Positions 12,080-25,146 are shown, counted from the stretch's first letter. The stretch: 64,000 nt of DNA from Eledone cirrhosa (GCA_964016885.1 OZ024765.1:12338001-12402000); one strand, 5' to 3'. The notes: a model not told the origin generated them from the letters alone. Program-made: numbers and translations.

Positions 12080-12775
12080 AAAAAACAAAAAACACCCAGC
12101 CCACACTCTAAGTTGGTCGTGTAGGTGTCACAACAAAAAGCACCCAGTTCATAATGTGATTCATGTTAGGAAGGGCATCCAGCTGTAGACTGAGCATAAG
12201 AGGAATCAAATGCTGTGTGCAGGAGAGGCGGTTGCGTTGGTATGGAAATGTGATGCGTATGAAGGATGACAGCTGCATAAAAAGGTGCAGAGCACTAGAA
12301 GTCAATGGAAACCGCGGAGTGGGGAGACCCAAGAAGACCTGGGATGAGGTGATAAAAGCTGAGCTTACCCAATTACACCTCTCAAAGGCGACGACACACA
12401 ACCGTGACCTCTGGCGTCACGGAGTAATACAGAGTACCCGACCTCCCATGGGTACAAGCTGAAGCATATAGACAATATGGCCCCCACACCCTCCCACTGC
12501 AAAGTGGTCGTGGAGGTGCCACGGCAAAAAAGTACCCAGCCCACACTGTAAAGTGGACGTGTAGGCGCCACGGAAAAAAAGCACCCAGCACTCACTGTAA
12601 ATGAGGTTGGTGTTAGGAAGGGCATCCAGCTGTAGAAATCAAGCCAGATCAGTTCCCATATGAGCAAGGCATGGTCAGCCGACCAGAGACTGCCCATAAC
12701 AGGACAACACGTCTAACCCATGCTAGCGTGGAAGAACGGCCGTAAAACGGTGATGATGATGATGATGATGATGAT
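12080..12775 (+). mobile_element. RTE 3' end plus SINE-like 3' region and (GAT)n tail, preceded by a SINE piece
   Basis: IRGIKCCVQERRLRWYGNVMRMKDDSCIKRCRALEVNGNRGVGRPKKTWDEVI...NRDLWR, then family modules and tail. Confidence 0.85.
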
Positions 12776-13367
12776 ATAGATATCTGTGTGAGTGTATGTG
12801 TAAATCCTTCTCCACCATAACTACCAGCAACAGCACCACCATCCAAGACATTTGAAAAGATATACAACAGACTTCGACTTGATCACCACCACAAACCTAC
12901 GTCCAATACCACCCCACCCTGCAAAAAAAATAGAAGTGGTAATATATTCATTGGCTGTCATGGAAAATTGACTGAAGGATAAAATAATTAGCAAAACAAC
13001 AATTTTATTTGCATCTCATTAGATAGAAGCTAATTACCTAAAATCAACAGAACTTTCCAGAAAATATTCCTGAGGGTATGGAAAAATATATTTTTAAAGA
13101 AAACTAAAAAAAAAAAAAATAAAACAATCTTTGAAAAATGAAATTTCAAAAAAAAAAAATAATAAAAAAAATAAAAATTTGACAAAAATGGATTTTTATA
13201 TTTTTAAGCAGTGAAATCCAACCAATCATATTTGTCAGCCCAATTTGGTGTTTGGGAGACCCGGACTCACTGTGCTTCCACTCTATTGTTTTATTGACTG
13301 ACGAAGCTGTAAGCATGCAGCACATCCTCGGTGGGTCTGCCACAGTAGCTGACCCTTGTGTCAGCCT

Positions 13368-13985
13368 GTGTCAATGTGGTTGGCATTAGGAAGGGCATCC
13401 AACCGTAGAAAACCACCCAGAAACCCTCCAATATGAGTGAGACATGGTCACCTGACCCAACTTGCCTCTAATTGGCACAAACCCGTCTAACCCATGCTAG
13501 TGTGGAAGATAGACGTTAATTGATGAAGATGATGATGATGAATGATGTAGGGGTCATGACAAAAAGCACCCAGCATACACTGTAAATGTGGTTGACATTA
13601 GGAAGGGCATCCAGCCATAGAAAACAATCCCCAAAACACCCAGCCCACACTGTAAAGTGGACTTGTAAAAGACAACAAAAAGCACCCAGCATACACTGTC
13701 AATGTGGTTGGCATTAGGAAGGGCATCCAGCCATAGAAAACAATCCCCAAAACACCCAGCCCACACTGTAAAGTAAACTTGTAAAAGACACGGCAAAAAG
13801 CACCCAGCGCACACTGTAAATGTGGTTGGCATTAGGAAGGGCATCCAGACGTAGAAAACCAGCCAGAAACTCTCCTATATGAGTGAGTCACAGTCACCCG
13901 ACCCAACTTGCCTCTAAATGGGACAAATCCGCCTAACCCATGCTAGTGTGGAAGATAGACGTTAATCGATGATGATGAAGATGAT
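13368..13985 (+). mobile_element. Two tandem (GAT)n-tailed SINE 3' halves; the second has a ~117-bp internal triplication
   Basis: Repeated AAAAAGCACCCAGCATACACTGT...TTAGGAAGGGCATCCAG; related to the 167-bp array at 54972. Confidence 0.8.
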
Positions 13986-14369
13986 ATATACGTATATATT
14001 TATAGTGTACAGTGTACCCCTAGCATTCGCAGTCCCAGTTATTCACAGAATTTCCTGAGGACCTAACTAATAATTGTTTGTGGAAACCACTGCCTATTGA
14101 TGGAATCGTAAATATCTTCCACAATTTTTATGGCTTTTTTCGTGGCAATAAATATTTTTTCATGCTTTTTAGCGCTAAATTATTAATAACAATATACCAT
14201 ATTTGCCGGCCTATATTTTATGTTATATTTTGATGTTTTGGTGAAGGCGTGTGGATGAGTGGTTAGAGAATTAGATTCACAATCTTGAGGTTGTGAGTTC
14301 GATTCCAGTTCAAGTGTTTTACGGAGCCGAGATACAAAATGTTAAAACGATCAAATTTTAGTTTAGAAC

Positions 14370-14425
14370 ATTTATTTGCTGACAATTGTTTCTTCCAGAG
14401 GGAAATCTGGAATGATCAGAGAATA
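14370..14425 (-). ncRNA. Hammerhead ribozyme copy with mutated core (CUGAUCA)
   Basis: Reverse complement reads ctCTGATCA ttccaga tttccc tctggaa GAAA caattg TC agca; G8 changed to C. Confidence 0.6.
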
Positions 14426-14915
14426 GGGAATGTCGAAACATGTTACAAACAACATATACACATACATACGAACTACAACACAAAAACACTTGAATGAAAA
14501 TCACCTATCCAACTCTATCATGTGCTTTGCATTACACCTTACATAACAAATACCTAAATTATCACCACATGCCTCTCTAACAAATTGCACAATCTTAAAT
14601 GTTTATAACAAATATAACATGCTTTAACACCCCACACAAAATATGTTTATTTCAACTGCATTATAACTCTTTCCTCATACATGCCTTATTGACTGTATTG
14701 CCTCCTGCATTGTACACCAATTTTCCTTGCTTATAACTTTTTTGCCTGTACTTTTGCTTATACCTATTACACTTTCAACCAGTGCTGCCTGTAATTGTGT
14801 TCTCTCAAGCAGAACATCTTTTAAACTCCTGACTCTCCACATGATGCCTTTGACACTAACAACACTTATGTACCCTAAATGTTCTGAATGTCTAGGATTT
14901 TAGTCACATGTTTCG

Positions 14916-14981
14916 ACATTCCCTATTCTCTGATGATTCCAGACTTCCCTCTGGAAGAAACAATTGTCAGCAAATAAATGT
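14916..14981 (+). ncRNA. Type I hammerhead ribozyme (minimal, palindromic stem III)
   Basis: CTGATGA 14930-36; stem II ttccaga/tctggaa; GAAA 14957-60; caattg; cleavage GUC after 14968; stem I only partly paired. Confidence 0.75.
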
Positions 14982-15008
14982 TCTAAACTAAAATTTGATC
15001 ATTTTAAC

Positions 15009-15012
<4 letters not shown>

Positions 15013-15056
<44 letters not shown>

Positions 15057-15126
15057 TATAGATATATACACATAATATATATACATGTGTGTGTATATAT
15101 ATACCTACACATACATATGTATATAT

Positions 15127-15185
<59 letters not shown>

Positions 15186-15203
15186 AAAATATATATATAT
15201 ATA

Positions 15204-15237
<34 letters not shown>

Positions 15238-15975
15238 CACACATATATATACACACATATATATATATATGGACGACATCTGTGTGTATATATATATATC
15301 AACACAGACTAAATAGCTAACACTGTTGTATAATGTACCAGATTGTATATAACCACAATAAAAATATAATGAAACCAATGATGAATAAACAACAACAACA
15401 ACAACAACCACCACCACCACCACCACCACAACAAACTAACAAGTAATAATACTAATATTTGTGGGTAACATTTAGAAAATTCTAGAAAATCAATTATGAA
15501 ACCGAATCAAGGAAAAAAGATGGCTGGTTATTTGAGCATTGTTGAAGAAGAAATACAATACAACCATTCTTGAGAAATAAGCAGGATTGTGTTATTTGGC
15601 ATGACATAATTTATCAAGTTACTCGGTGAATGCCATTTATACAATTTAACTGAAAAATACTAATAATAATGATAATAATAATGATGGTGATAATGGAAAA
15701 TTACTGGTTGGTTGGGTTTTTTTTTTTAGTCGAATCGCTGTCGATTATTAAATATCTTTGTGTGTAGTAATGGTAATAGGGTTTCCACCATTCATATATA
15801 GACACAGGCATACTCACTTAACAGGCACACACACACACAGGCACTTACAGACACAGACATGCACACATGCACACACACATACACACACACACACACAAGA
15901 ACATACATACACATACTGACACAGGCAAAGACACACACATATATACATATACAGACAAACACAGGCATACAAAGT

Positions 15976-16007
<32 letters not shown>

Positions 16008-16010
16008 CAG

Positions 16011-16055
<45 letters not shown>

Positions 16056-16089
16056 GGCATACACATATAAATACGTACACACACACACG

Positions 16090-16121
<32 letters not shown>

Positions 16122-16180
16122 CATACACAGATAAATACATACACACACACACACAGAAACACAGACACACAAACACACAC
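15013..16180. repeat. (TA)n/(CA)n microsatellite blocks
   Basis: Directly visible, with unique AT-rich spacers. Confidence 0.85.
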
Positions 16181-16464
16181 TGCCAGAATGTCAGATAGAA
16201 TGTTTTGCAGTATTCATTCTGACTCTCTACACCCTGAATTTAAATTGCACCGGGATGAACTTTGCCTTTCGACTTTTCGAGGTCAATAAAAAAAAAGTAC
16301 CAGAGGCGTACTAAGGTCAATTTTTCTCAACTTTGCCGTTCCAATAAATTTACTGGCTCTGTGCCAAGATTAGAAACTATAATTACTATCAGCATTCGGA
16401 CATCATGCTTTGCAACATAGTTAGAGCCCATGTCTGAGAAAGAACATATAGATATTATTATAGG

Positions 16465-17703
16465 GAGTTGAGAGAGAAACTGGGTATAAGAGGGATAAGT
16501 TGTAGTGTGTGGGAGAGAAGACTGAGATGGTATGGACATGTGATGAGTTGAGAGAGAAACTGGGTATAAGAGGGATAAGTTGTAGTGTGTGGGAGAGAAG
16601 ACTGAGATGGTATGGACATGTGATGAGTTGAGAGAGAAACTGTGTATAAGAGGGATAAGTTGTAGTGTGCAGGAGAGGAGACTGAGATGGTATGGACATG
16701 TGATGAGTTGAGAGAGAAGCTGTGTATAAGAGGGATAAGTTGTAGTGTGTGGGATAGAAGACTGAGATGGTATGGACATGTGATGAGTTGAGAGAGAAAC
16801 TGGGTATAAGAGGGATAAGTTGTAGTGTGCGGGAGAGAAGACTGAGATGGTATGGACATGTGATGAGTTGAGAGAGAAACTGGGTATAAGAGGGATAAGT
16901 TGTAGTGTGTGGGAGAGAAGACTGAAATGGTATGGACGTGTGATGAGTTGAGAGAGAAACTGGGTATAAGAGGGATAAGTTGTAGTGTGTGGGAGAGAAG
17001 ACTGAAATGGTATGGACGTGTGATGAGTTGAGAGAGAAACTGGGTATAAGAGGGATAAGTTGTAGTGTGTGGGAGAGAAGACTGAGATGGTATGGACATG
17101 TGATAAGTTGAGAGAGAAACTGGGTATAAGAGGGATAAGTTGTAGTGTGTGGGATAGAAGACTGAGATGGTATGGACATGTGATGAGTTGAGAGAGAAAC
17201 TGGGTATAAGAGGGATAAGTTGTAGTGTGCGGGAGAGAAGGCTGAGATGGTATGGACATGTGATGAGTTGAGAGAGAAACTGGGTATAAGAGGGATAAGT
17301 TGTAGTGTGCGGGAGAGAAGACTGAGATGGTATGGACATGTGATGAGTTGAGAGAGAAACTGGGTATAAGAGGGATAAGTTGTAGTGTGCGGGAGAGAAG
17401 ACTGAGATGGTATGGACATGTGATGAGTTGAGAGAGAAGACTGAGATGGTATGGACATGTGATACGCATGGAAGATGACCGCTGGGTAAAGAAGTGCCAA
17501 GAAATCCCAGTAGAAGGAAGACGCAGTAGAGGAAGGTGATGAAAATCAGGGGCAGAGGTGGTGAGAGCTGACCTCAGATCGCTGAAGCTCACGGAGGAGA
17601 TGACAAAGGACTGTGAGGAATGGAGAGATTCTGTGCTGAAAAGGACCCGTCCCACCCTTGAAGCAAGGAAAAGCAGGCGTAAAATGATGATGATGATGAT
17701 GAT
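16465..17703 (+). mobile_element. RTE LINE 3' end whose 5' part is a 12-copy 80-bp tandem array
   Basis: Unit GAGTTGAGAGAGAAACTGGG...GGACATGTGAT every 80 bp from 16465 to 17424 (codes ELREKLGIRGISCSVRERRLRWYGHV), then RMEDDRWVKKCQEIPVEGRRSRGR and a (GAT)n tail. Confidence 0.9.
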
Positions 17704-17708
17704 AGATA

Positions 17709-18143
17709 AGGGCAGTGGATTGGCAGTATCGGTAGAGACTCAGACAAAATGCTTTGCAGCATAGAGTTATGGCCTTTTACATTGTGTGTCCAAATCCCAC
17801 CAAGGTTAGCTTTGCATTTCAACCTTATGGGGGTCGATAAAATAAAGTACCAGTAATGTACTGAGGTCGATTTAATCGACATTTCCCTCCCCAAAAATTG
17901 CTGGCCTTGTGCCTATATAAGAAACCATTATTATTAGATTGGCAGATAAGGGCGGTGGATTGGCAGTATTGGTAAAGGGTCTGACGCCATGCTTTACAAC
18001 AAAGAGTTACGGCCCTTTATGGTCTGAGTTCAAATCCAGCCGAGGTTAACTTTGCCTTTCATCCTTACGGGGTCGATAAAATAAAGTACCAGTAATGTAC
18101 TGGGTAATTGCTGGCCTTGTGCCAAAAGTAGAAACAATTATTA
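17709..18143 (+). mobile_element. Two tandem full-length tRNA-derived Deu/Nin SINEs
   Basis: GGCGGTGGATTGGCAGTA head, GAGTTCAAATCC B-box, Deu/Nin core and ATT tail. Confidence 0.85.
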
Positions 18144-18147
18144 TCAA

Positions 18148-19020
18148 TCTTTGAGTCTCAGTCATTGATGTTATTTAACTGGAAAGTTTGTTGAAATGAA
18201 TATCAAGCCACTACCTGCAGCCTCAGATATTCAGGATGTATCGGAGGGTTCTTGCTGTTCCCAGCAAGCATGCCTTTTGAAGTGTTCCAAAAAACAGGGC
18301 TGGACTAATCTTCTTTAACCATCCTTGGAGACTCTTTGAGATAGTACCTAGTGCTCCTATGACAACCAGGACGACCTTGATTTCATGGCAGTTCCAAATC
18401 CTTTTTAACTCCCACTTTAAATCCTGGTATCGGTTAATTTCCCCCACTCCTTTTCTTGCACTCTTGTGTCAAAGGGGCAGGCTACATCTACAATCAGGCA
18501 TGATCTTTATTCTTTGTCAAAAACCACCAGGTCAGACCTATTGTGTTCTAATTTCTTGTCCATCTGTATTCTAAAATCCCATAGCACCTTCACCTGATCG
18601 TTTTCTATCCCTGACTCTGGCTTATGCTCATACCACTTCTCAGAATGTAGTAAATTCTTTAGTTTGCATAGATACCAGTGAATCACCTTTCCTATCATAT
18701 CATGTCTCCAGCCATTATAGTGAGTCTGGGCTAGCTGTTTACACTCGGATACGATGTGAGCCACAGTCTCCTCTCTCTCTTTCTCTCCACAGATCCTACA
18801 CAGTGAGCTAGCCTCCTCTATGTCAATATGGTTTCACCCACTTTGTTCTGAGGCCCTGCTCTTGTTCAGCTATTAGCATTCCTTCTGTAGCTTTTTTAAA
18901 ATCTCCTCTTTTTAACCAGTTCCATGCCCGTGGATCTCTGAATTCCGTTTTCTTAAAGAAAGTGCTATGAAGGTATTTTTCATGAAAGTTGCTCTTCCTC
19001 CTTATTGTTACTTCCATTGT
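18148..19020 (-). mobile_element. Dong/R4-like non-LTR retrotransposon 3' fragment (Zn-knuckle + RLE endonuclease), frameshifted
   Basis: KKATEGMLIAEQEQGLRTK, ETVAHIVSECKQLAQTHY..RHD, VLWDFRIQMDKKLEHNRSDLVV, KWELKRIW...VIGALG; flanked by (ATT)n. Confidence 0.85.
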
Positions 19021-19046
19021 TATTATCATTATTATTATTATTATTA

Positions 19047-19160
19047 TCTGAGTTCAAATCCCGCCGAGGTTGACTTTGCCTTTCATCCTTACGGGGTCGA
19101 TAAAAAAAAGTACCAGTAATGCACTGGGTAATTGCTGGCCTTGTGCCTAAAGTAGAAACA

Positions 19161-19197
<37 letters not shown>

Positions 19198-19375
19198 GGG
19201 CAGTGGATTGGCAGTATTGGTAGAGGGTCAGACGCTATGCTTTGTAGCTTAGAGTTACACCCCTTTACTGTCTGAGTTCAAATCCCATCAAGGCTAGCTT
19301 GGCCTTTCAACCTTATAGCGTCGATAAAAAAAAAAATAAACTACCAGTAATGAACTGGGGCAATTGTTGGCCTTG
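19047..19375 (+). mobile_element. Two Deu/Nin SINE copies within (ATT)n
   Basis: Family core and tails. Confidence 0.8.
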
Positions 19376-20222
19376 TTATTATTATCATCTTTATTGTTAT
19401 TATTATCTGTTTGTTATTATTATCTGTTTGTTATTGTTATTATTATCTGTTTGATATTGTTATTATTATCTGTTTGTTATTGTTATTATTATCTGTTTGT
19501 TATTGTTATTATTATCTGTTTGTTATTGTTATTATTATCTGTTTGTTATTATTATCTGTTTGTTATTGTTATTATTATCTGTTTGTTATTGTTATTATTA
19601 TCTGTTTATTGTTATTATCTGTTTGTTATTGTTATTATCTGTTTGTTATTGTTATTATTATCTGTTTGTTATTGTTATTATTATCTGTTTGTTATTGTTA
19701 TTATCTGTTTGTTATTGTTATTATTATCTGTTTGTTATTATTATTATTATCTGTTTGTTATTGTTAATATTATCTGTTTGTTATTGTTATTATTATCTGT
19801 TTGTTATTGTTATTATTATCTGTTTGTTATTATTATCTGTTTGTTATTGTTATTATTATCTGTTTGTTATCATTATCTGTTTGTTATTGTTATTATTATC
19901 TGTTTGTTATTATTATCTGTTTGTTATTGTTATTATTATCTGTTTGATATTGTTATTATCATCTGTTTGTTATTGTTATTATTATCTGTTTGTTATTGTT
20001 ATTATTATCTGTTTGTTATTGTTATTATTATCTGTTTGTTATTGTTATTATTATCTGTTTGATATTGTTATTATTATCTGTTTGTTATTGTTATTATTAT
20101 CTGTTTGTTATTGTTATTATTATCTGTTTGATATTGTTATTATTATCTGTTTGTTATTGTTATTATTATCTGTTTGTTATTGTTATTATTATCTGTTTGT
20201 TATTGTTATTATTATCTGTTTG
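19376..20222. repeat. ~17-23-bp minisatellite TTGTTATTGTTATTATTATCTGT
   Basis: Directly visible; source of the LLLLSVCY ORFs. Confidence 0.9.
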
Positions 20223-20384
20223 AAACAGTGCATCATTCCAGTTGAGGTGTCTCAGCTATTAATTGCATGTAGTGATGTGTGAAAAAAACTTAATGAAAGC
20301 TATGGATGATCATGAGTGTAACAACTTTATCGTTCACATCAAACTGTTCCACCATCAACAACCAACACACCACACTGCCACACA

Positions 20385-20462
20385 CTCTCTCTCATATATA
20401 TATATACATACATACATATACATACAAATATAAATACATATATATATACATATGTACACATA

Positions 20463-20503
<41 letters not shown>

Positions 20504-20560
20504 ATATACATACATTTATATATATATATACATACATACATATACATGTACATATATATA

Positions 20561-20592
<32 letters not shown>

Positions 20593-20695
20593 CATATACA
20601 TGTACATACATATATATATATATACATACATATACATGTACATACATATATATATATATACATACATATACATGTATATACATATATATATATAT

Positions 20696-20734
<39 letters not shown>

Positions 20735-22025
20735 CATACATATACAAACATAAATATATAAACATAGATACATATATATATATATATATACATATATATA
20801 CATACATACACATACATATATAAACATAGATACATACATATATATATATACATGCATATATATATATATACATACATATACATATACATACATACATATA
20901 TAAACAGATACATACATATATAAACATAGATATATACACGCATATATATATATACATACATACATACATATACATATACATACATATATAAACATAGATA
21001 CATACATTTATAAACATACATACACACGCACACATACATACATATATATATATATCATCTGTTTCACCCTATCTGTTAATTTAAGCCTTTCTCCCTCCTC
21101 TCTCTCTCTCTCTCTCTCTCTCTCCTTTCCTCTCTCACTCTCTCCCTCCTCTCTCTCTCCCTCCTTTCCTCTCTCACTCTCTCCCTCTCTCTCACTCCCT
21201 CCTCTCTCTCTCTCTCTCCTTTCCTCTCTCACGCTCTCCCTCTCTCTCTCTCCCTCCTCTCTCTCTCCCTCTCTCACTCTCTCCCTCCTCTCTCTCTCTC
21301 ACCTACTCTCTCCTTTCCTCTCTCTCTCTCTCCATCACCCTCTCTCTCCCTCCTCCCTCTCTCTCTCTCTCTCTCTTCCTACCCCTCTCTCCTTCCCACT
21401 CCCTCTCTCCCTCTCACTCACTTCCTTCTCTCTCATACCCCTCTCACTCCCCCTCTCCCCCTCTCCCACCCTCTACCCCATTAACAACCATTAACAAGAC
21501 AATCAAGCCAATCACAGTTCCATATAAACTGATCAATAACAGGTTCAGCTACCCCCCCCCCCCCCGATGACACACAGACAGACCTAGGCATACATAGACA
21601 CACACACCCAGACACATACACTGATAGACACACATAGACACACACATACACACACATAGACACACATACACTGATAGACACACCCAGACACATACACTGA
21701 TAGACACACACACACAGACACACAGATACACACACCCAGACACATACACTGATAGACACATAGACACACACAGACACACACAGACACACATAGACACACA
21801 TACACTGAGAGACACACCCAGACACATACACTGATAGACACACATAGACACACACATACACACATAGACACACATAGACGCACATACACTGATAGACACA
21901 CCCAGACACATACACTGATAGACACATATAGACACACACACAAGCACACACACACATAGACAAGACACACACACAGAAACAGACACACACACACAGAGAA
22001 ACACTTCCAGCTAATTACAACAAAT

Positions 22026-22073
<48 letters not shown>

Positions 22074-22074
22074 G

Positions 22075-22120
<46 letters not shown>
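20385..22120. repeat. Microsatellite block: (TA/CA), (CT), (CA/GACA) minisatellite
   Basis: Directly visible. Confidence 0.9.
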
Positions 22121-22389
22121 AACGGAAAAAATGAAACAAAATTTAATTTCCCACTCTTAGTACGGCTGTTACTTAAATATAAGTATGTACACGTACATAC
22201 ATATATGTATACAGACGTACAGTAGTATGTATATATATATATATATACATACATGCACATATATATATGCACGTATGGATTCACCGAACATTTATTATAA
22301 TGCTCGGTGTGTTTGTAAACAAACATCCCGTATTAAACCGTAGTGTCCAGCAACCATCGTTGCTCGTTTGTTCAACACTGACAAAGGAA

Positions 22390-22430
22390 CGCTGTACTAG
22401 TTTCAAGCTTATTAGCTATCGTCAGCAACG
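22390..22430 (-). ncRNA. Minimal type I hammerhead ribozyme
   Basis: Reverse complement reads cgttg CTGACGA t-agct-aata-agct-t GAAA ctag TA cagcg; 5-bp stem I, palindromic CUAG stem III, GUA site. Confidence 0.8.
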
Positions 22431-22935
22431 TATACCTTCCTGTCAGATTATTGAACGTATATACTTACCTTATGCATATTAACGGCTGAGTAGCATAATT
22501 TGCATATCGAGTGGGTTAATCGGCCGGGTGCACCGAAAACGATATGATAGTGAAGGTGGTGATAGTGGTGATGATGATGATGGTAATAGTGATGATGATG
22601 ATTGCGATGATGATGATGATGATGATGGTGGTGATTGTGATAATGATAATGCTACTGCTGAAGATGATGATAATGATGATTTAAATGATGATGATAATGA
22701 TGATGATGATGTACATATACTCAGGAAAGTACTGTCTGACTTAGGACACTGCAGTATTGATGTCAACCCTGAAACCAAATTTTGAAAGAAATTGATAAAG
22801 ATAGAAAATATACTGAGACCCTATGTAGGTGAGATGAAGACCTAATCCACCCTCACTCCACCACACCACCAAAACCACCCTGTACATACCCAAGGCGTAC
22901 AGACCTGCGCTCAATGATGCAATGATAATGTACAA

Positions 22936-22985
<50 letters not shown>

Positions 22986-23003
22986 TAATAATAATAATGA
23001 CAA

Positions 23004-23361
23004 TTGTGCCTGATTGTGGATGTGGCCTGCCCATTCGACACGAGAGTGCAAGAGAAGGAGAGGGAGAAAATTAACCGATACCAGGACTTAAAGTGGGAGG
23101 TAAAAAGGATTTGGAACTGCCATGAAGTCAAAGTGGTCCCGATTGTCATAGGTGCACTAGGGACTATCTCAAAAAGTTTCCAGGGATGGTTAAAGAAAAT
23201 TGGCCCCTTCACGCTTTTTGGAACGCTTCAAAAGGCATGCTTGCTGGGAACAGCAAGAACCCTCCGATACGTCCTGAATATCTGAGGCTGCAGATAGTGG
23301 CTTGATATTCATTTCAACAAACTTTCCAGTTAACTAACAACAATGACTGAGACTCAAAGAG
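23004..23361 (+). mobile_element. Dong/R4-like 3' end inserted in (TAA)n
   Basis: CLIVDVACPFDTRVQEKEREKINRYQDLKWEVKRIW...IGALG...LQKACLLGTARTLRYVLNI plus a 3' UTR shared with 18148. Confidence 0.85.
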
Positions 23362-23397
23362 TAATAACAAATATAACAATAATAATATTAATAAAAA

Positions 23398-23811
23398 TTC
23401 TTTCTACTTTTGGCACAAGGCCAGCAATTATCCCAGTGCATTACTGGTACTTTATTTTATCGACCCCGTAAGGATGAAAGGCAAAGTTAACCTCGGCGGG
23501 ATTTGAACCGTAAAGGGACGTAACTCTTTGCTGGAAAGCATGGCGTCCAACCCTCTACCGATACTGCCAATTCACTCGTAAAGATGAAAGGTAAAGTTAA
23601 CCTCAGCGGGATTTGAACTCAGAATGCAAAGAGCCATAACTCTATGCTGCAAAGCCCCTTCATGCTTTTTGGAATGCTTCAAAAGGCATGCTTGCTGGGA
23701 ACAGCAAGAACCCTCCGATACATCCTGAATATCTGAGGCTGCAGGTAGCGGCTTGATATTCATTTCAACAAACTTTCCAGTTAAATAACATCAATGACTG
23801 AGACTCAAAGA
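23398..23811. mobile_element. Deu/Nin SINE(s) on - followed by a third Dong-like 3' tip (23652-23811, +)
   Basis: Sequence identity to the other copies. Confidence 0.8.
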
Positions 23812-24287
23812 ATAATAATAATAAAATAAAATTAGAGACTTCTGAGTATCTTTCATGTTAAAATATTCAAATATAATTTGTACTCACCACCCCTTTGCCA
23901 CCCACCCTCCACACACACACACACACACAGCAACATATATACACACACACCTGTATCCACCATCTTTCTCAACCACCTTCAGACCCTGTTTCGAGTGTTT
24001 GCTTTCAAGAAGCTACTTGAAAATATTGCAGCACTTGAGAGACAAGAGTTGGCAAGAATGTCTAATGCCAGACTTTAACAACCAAGAATCTGTGAAGTGT
24101 CAAACAATCCCCCCTGGGGGGTTGGAATGAGGTTTATTCTGGAAGGTGGTAGGAGGGAATGTCTTTGAATTCCTACAATTTCATGGTTTCTTGTCATTTA
24201 TTTCTCTTGTTCATGTTATTTTTGTAGTTATTTTATATTTTATTGCTTTGTTTTCAGTCATTAGAGCGTGAATGGCTATATTGGGGT

Positions 24288-24342
<55 letters not shown>

Positions 24343-24407
24343 TATATATATGTATATATATGTATATATATATAGAATTCACAAGAATCAAAGCTATGTT
24401 CAAAGCA

Positions 24408-24462
24408 TTTATTAACTTACAATTGTTTCATCCAAACCTAGGCTTGGAGTCTTCAGACCATT
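24408..24462 (-). ncRNA. Type I hammerhead motif, weak stem I
   Basis: Reverse complement reads ggt CTGAAGA c-tccaagcc-ta-ggtttgga-t GAAA caattg TA agttaataaa. Confidence 0.65.
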
Positions 24463-24570
24463 TTTCAATGTTTGTACACATGATTGACCTCCTTTCCAAC
24501 GCAAGAGACATACAGATACATATGTATATATTGATGTACAGTGGAGTGACATATATTATATTATATTACT

Positions 24571-24607
<37 letters not shown>

Positions 24608-24809
24608 ATAATCAATGTGAAGACTAAAATCCGACGACGGCTCGATAAGGATTATATATATATATAATAGTAGAACACTGGAAGGTAATATCCGTAGTAG
24701 TAAAGCACTCAGTCCATGGGACAAGTTTGGTAGAAGTGGTTACACAACTGTTAGTTCACCATACCGAAAACAAATGTTTCATTTTATTCATGGAGCTACT
24801 TATATATGT

Positions 24810-25146
24810 ATGGAGGCACATGGCTTAGTGGTTAGAGCATTGGCCTTGCAATCGAAAGGTTGTGAGTTCAATTCTCAGACCGGGTGATGTGTTGTTTCCT
24901 TGAGCAAGACACTTTATTTCACATTGCTCCAGTTTACTCTGTAGAAATGAGATGATAGGACTGGGGTCCCTACCATTCCACTGTAAAGTGGACGTGGAGG
25001 TGCCACGGCAAAAAAAAAGCAGCCAGCACTCACTGTAAATGAGGTTGGTGTTAGGAAGGGCATCCAGCTGTAGAAATCAAGCCAGAATCAGTTCCCGTCC
25101 CACCGGGAAAAGTGGACGTAAAATGGTGATGATGATGATGATGATA
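24810..25146 (+). mobile_element. tRNA-derived CORE/V-like SINE with (GAT)n tail
   Basis: TGGCTTAGTGGTTAG A-box, GAGTTCAATTC B-box, TCCTTGAGCAAGACACTT core; copies at 32575, 33199 and 48684. Confidence 0.85.

Larger units (their letters stand above)
14341..15008. mobile_element. Inverted-repeat element (102-bp arms) with hammerhead motifs; Penelope-like end
   Basis: Arms 14341-14442 and 14907-15008 are near-perfect reverse complements; the right arm abuts (TA)n; each arm contains a hammerhead core. Confidence 0.7.

Noticed and set aside
13288-13325. CTGACGA followed by a hairpin
   Set aside because: No GAAA after the hairpin.
16327-17655. 442-aa and overlapping minus-strand ORFs
   Set aside because: Antisense of the 80-bp RTE-derived array.
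22528-22785. Asp-rich ORF
   Set aside because: Degenerate (GAT)n microsatellite.
24810-24885. tRNA gene (also at 48684 and 33470)
   Set aside because: tRNA-like head of a SINE that continues into SINE core and tail.
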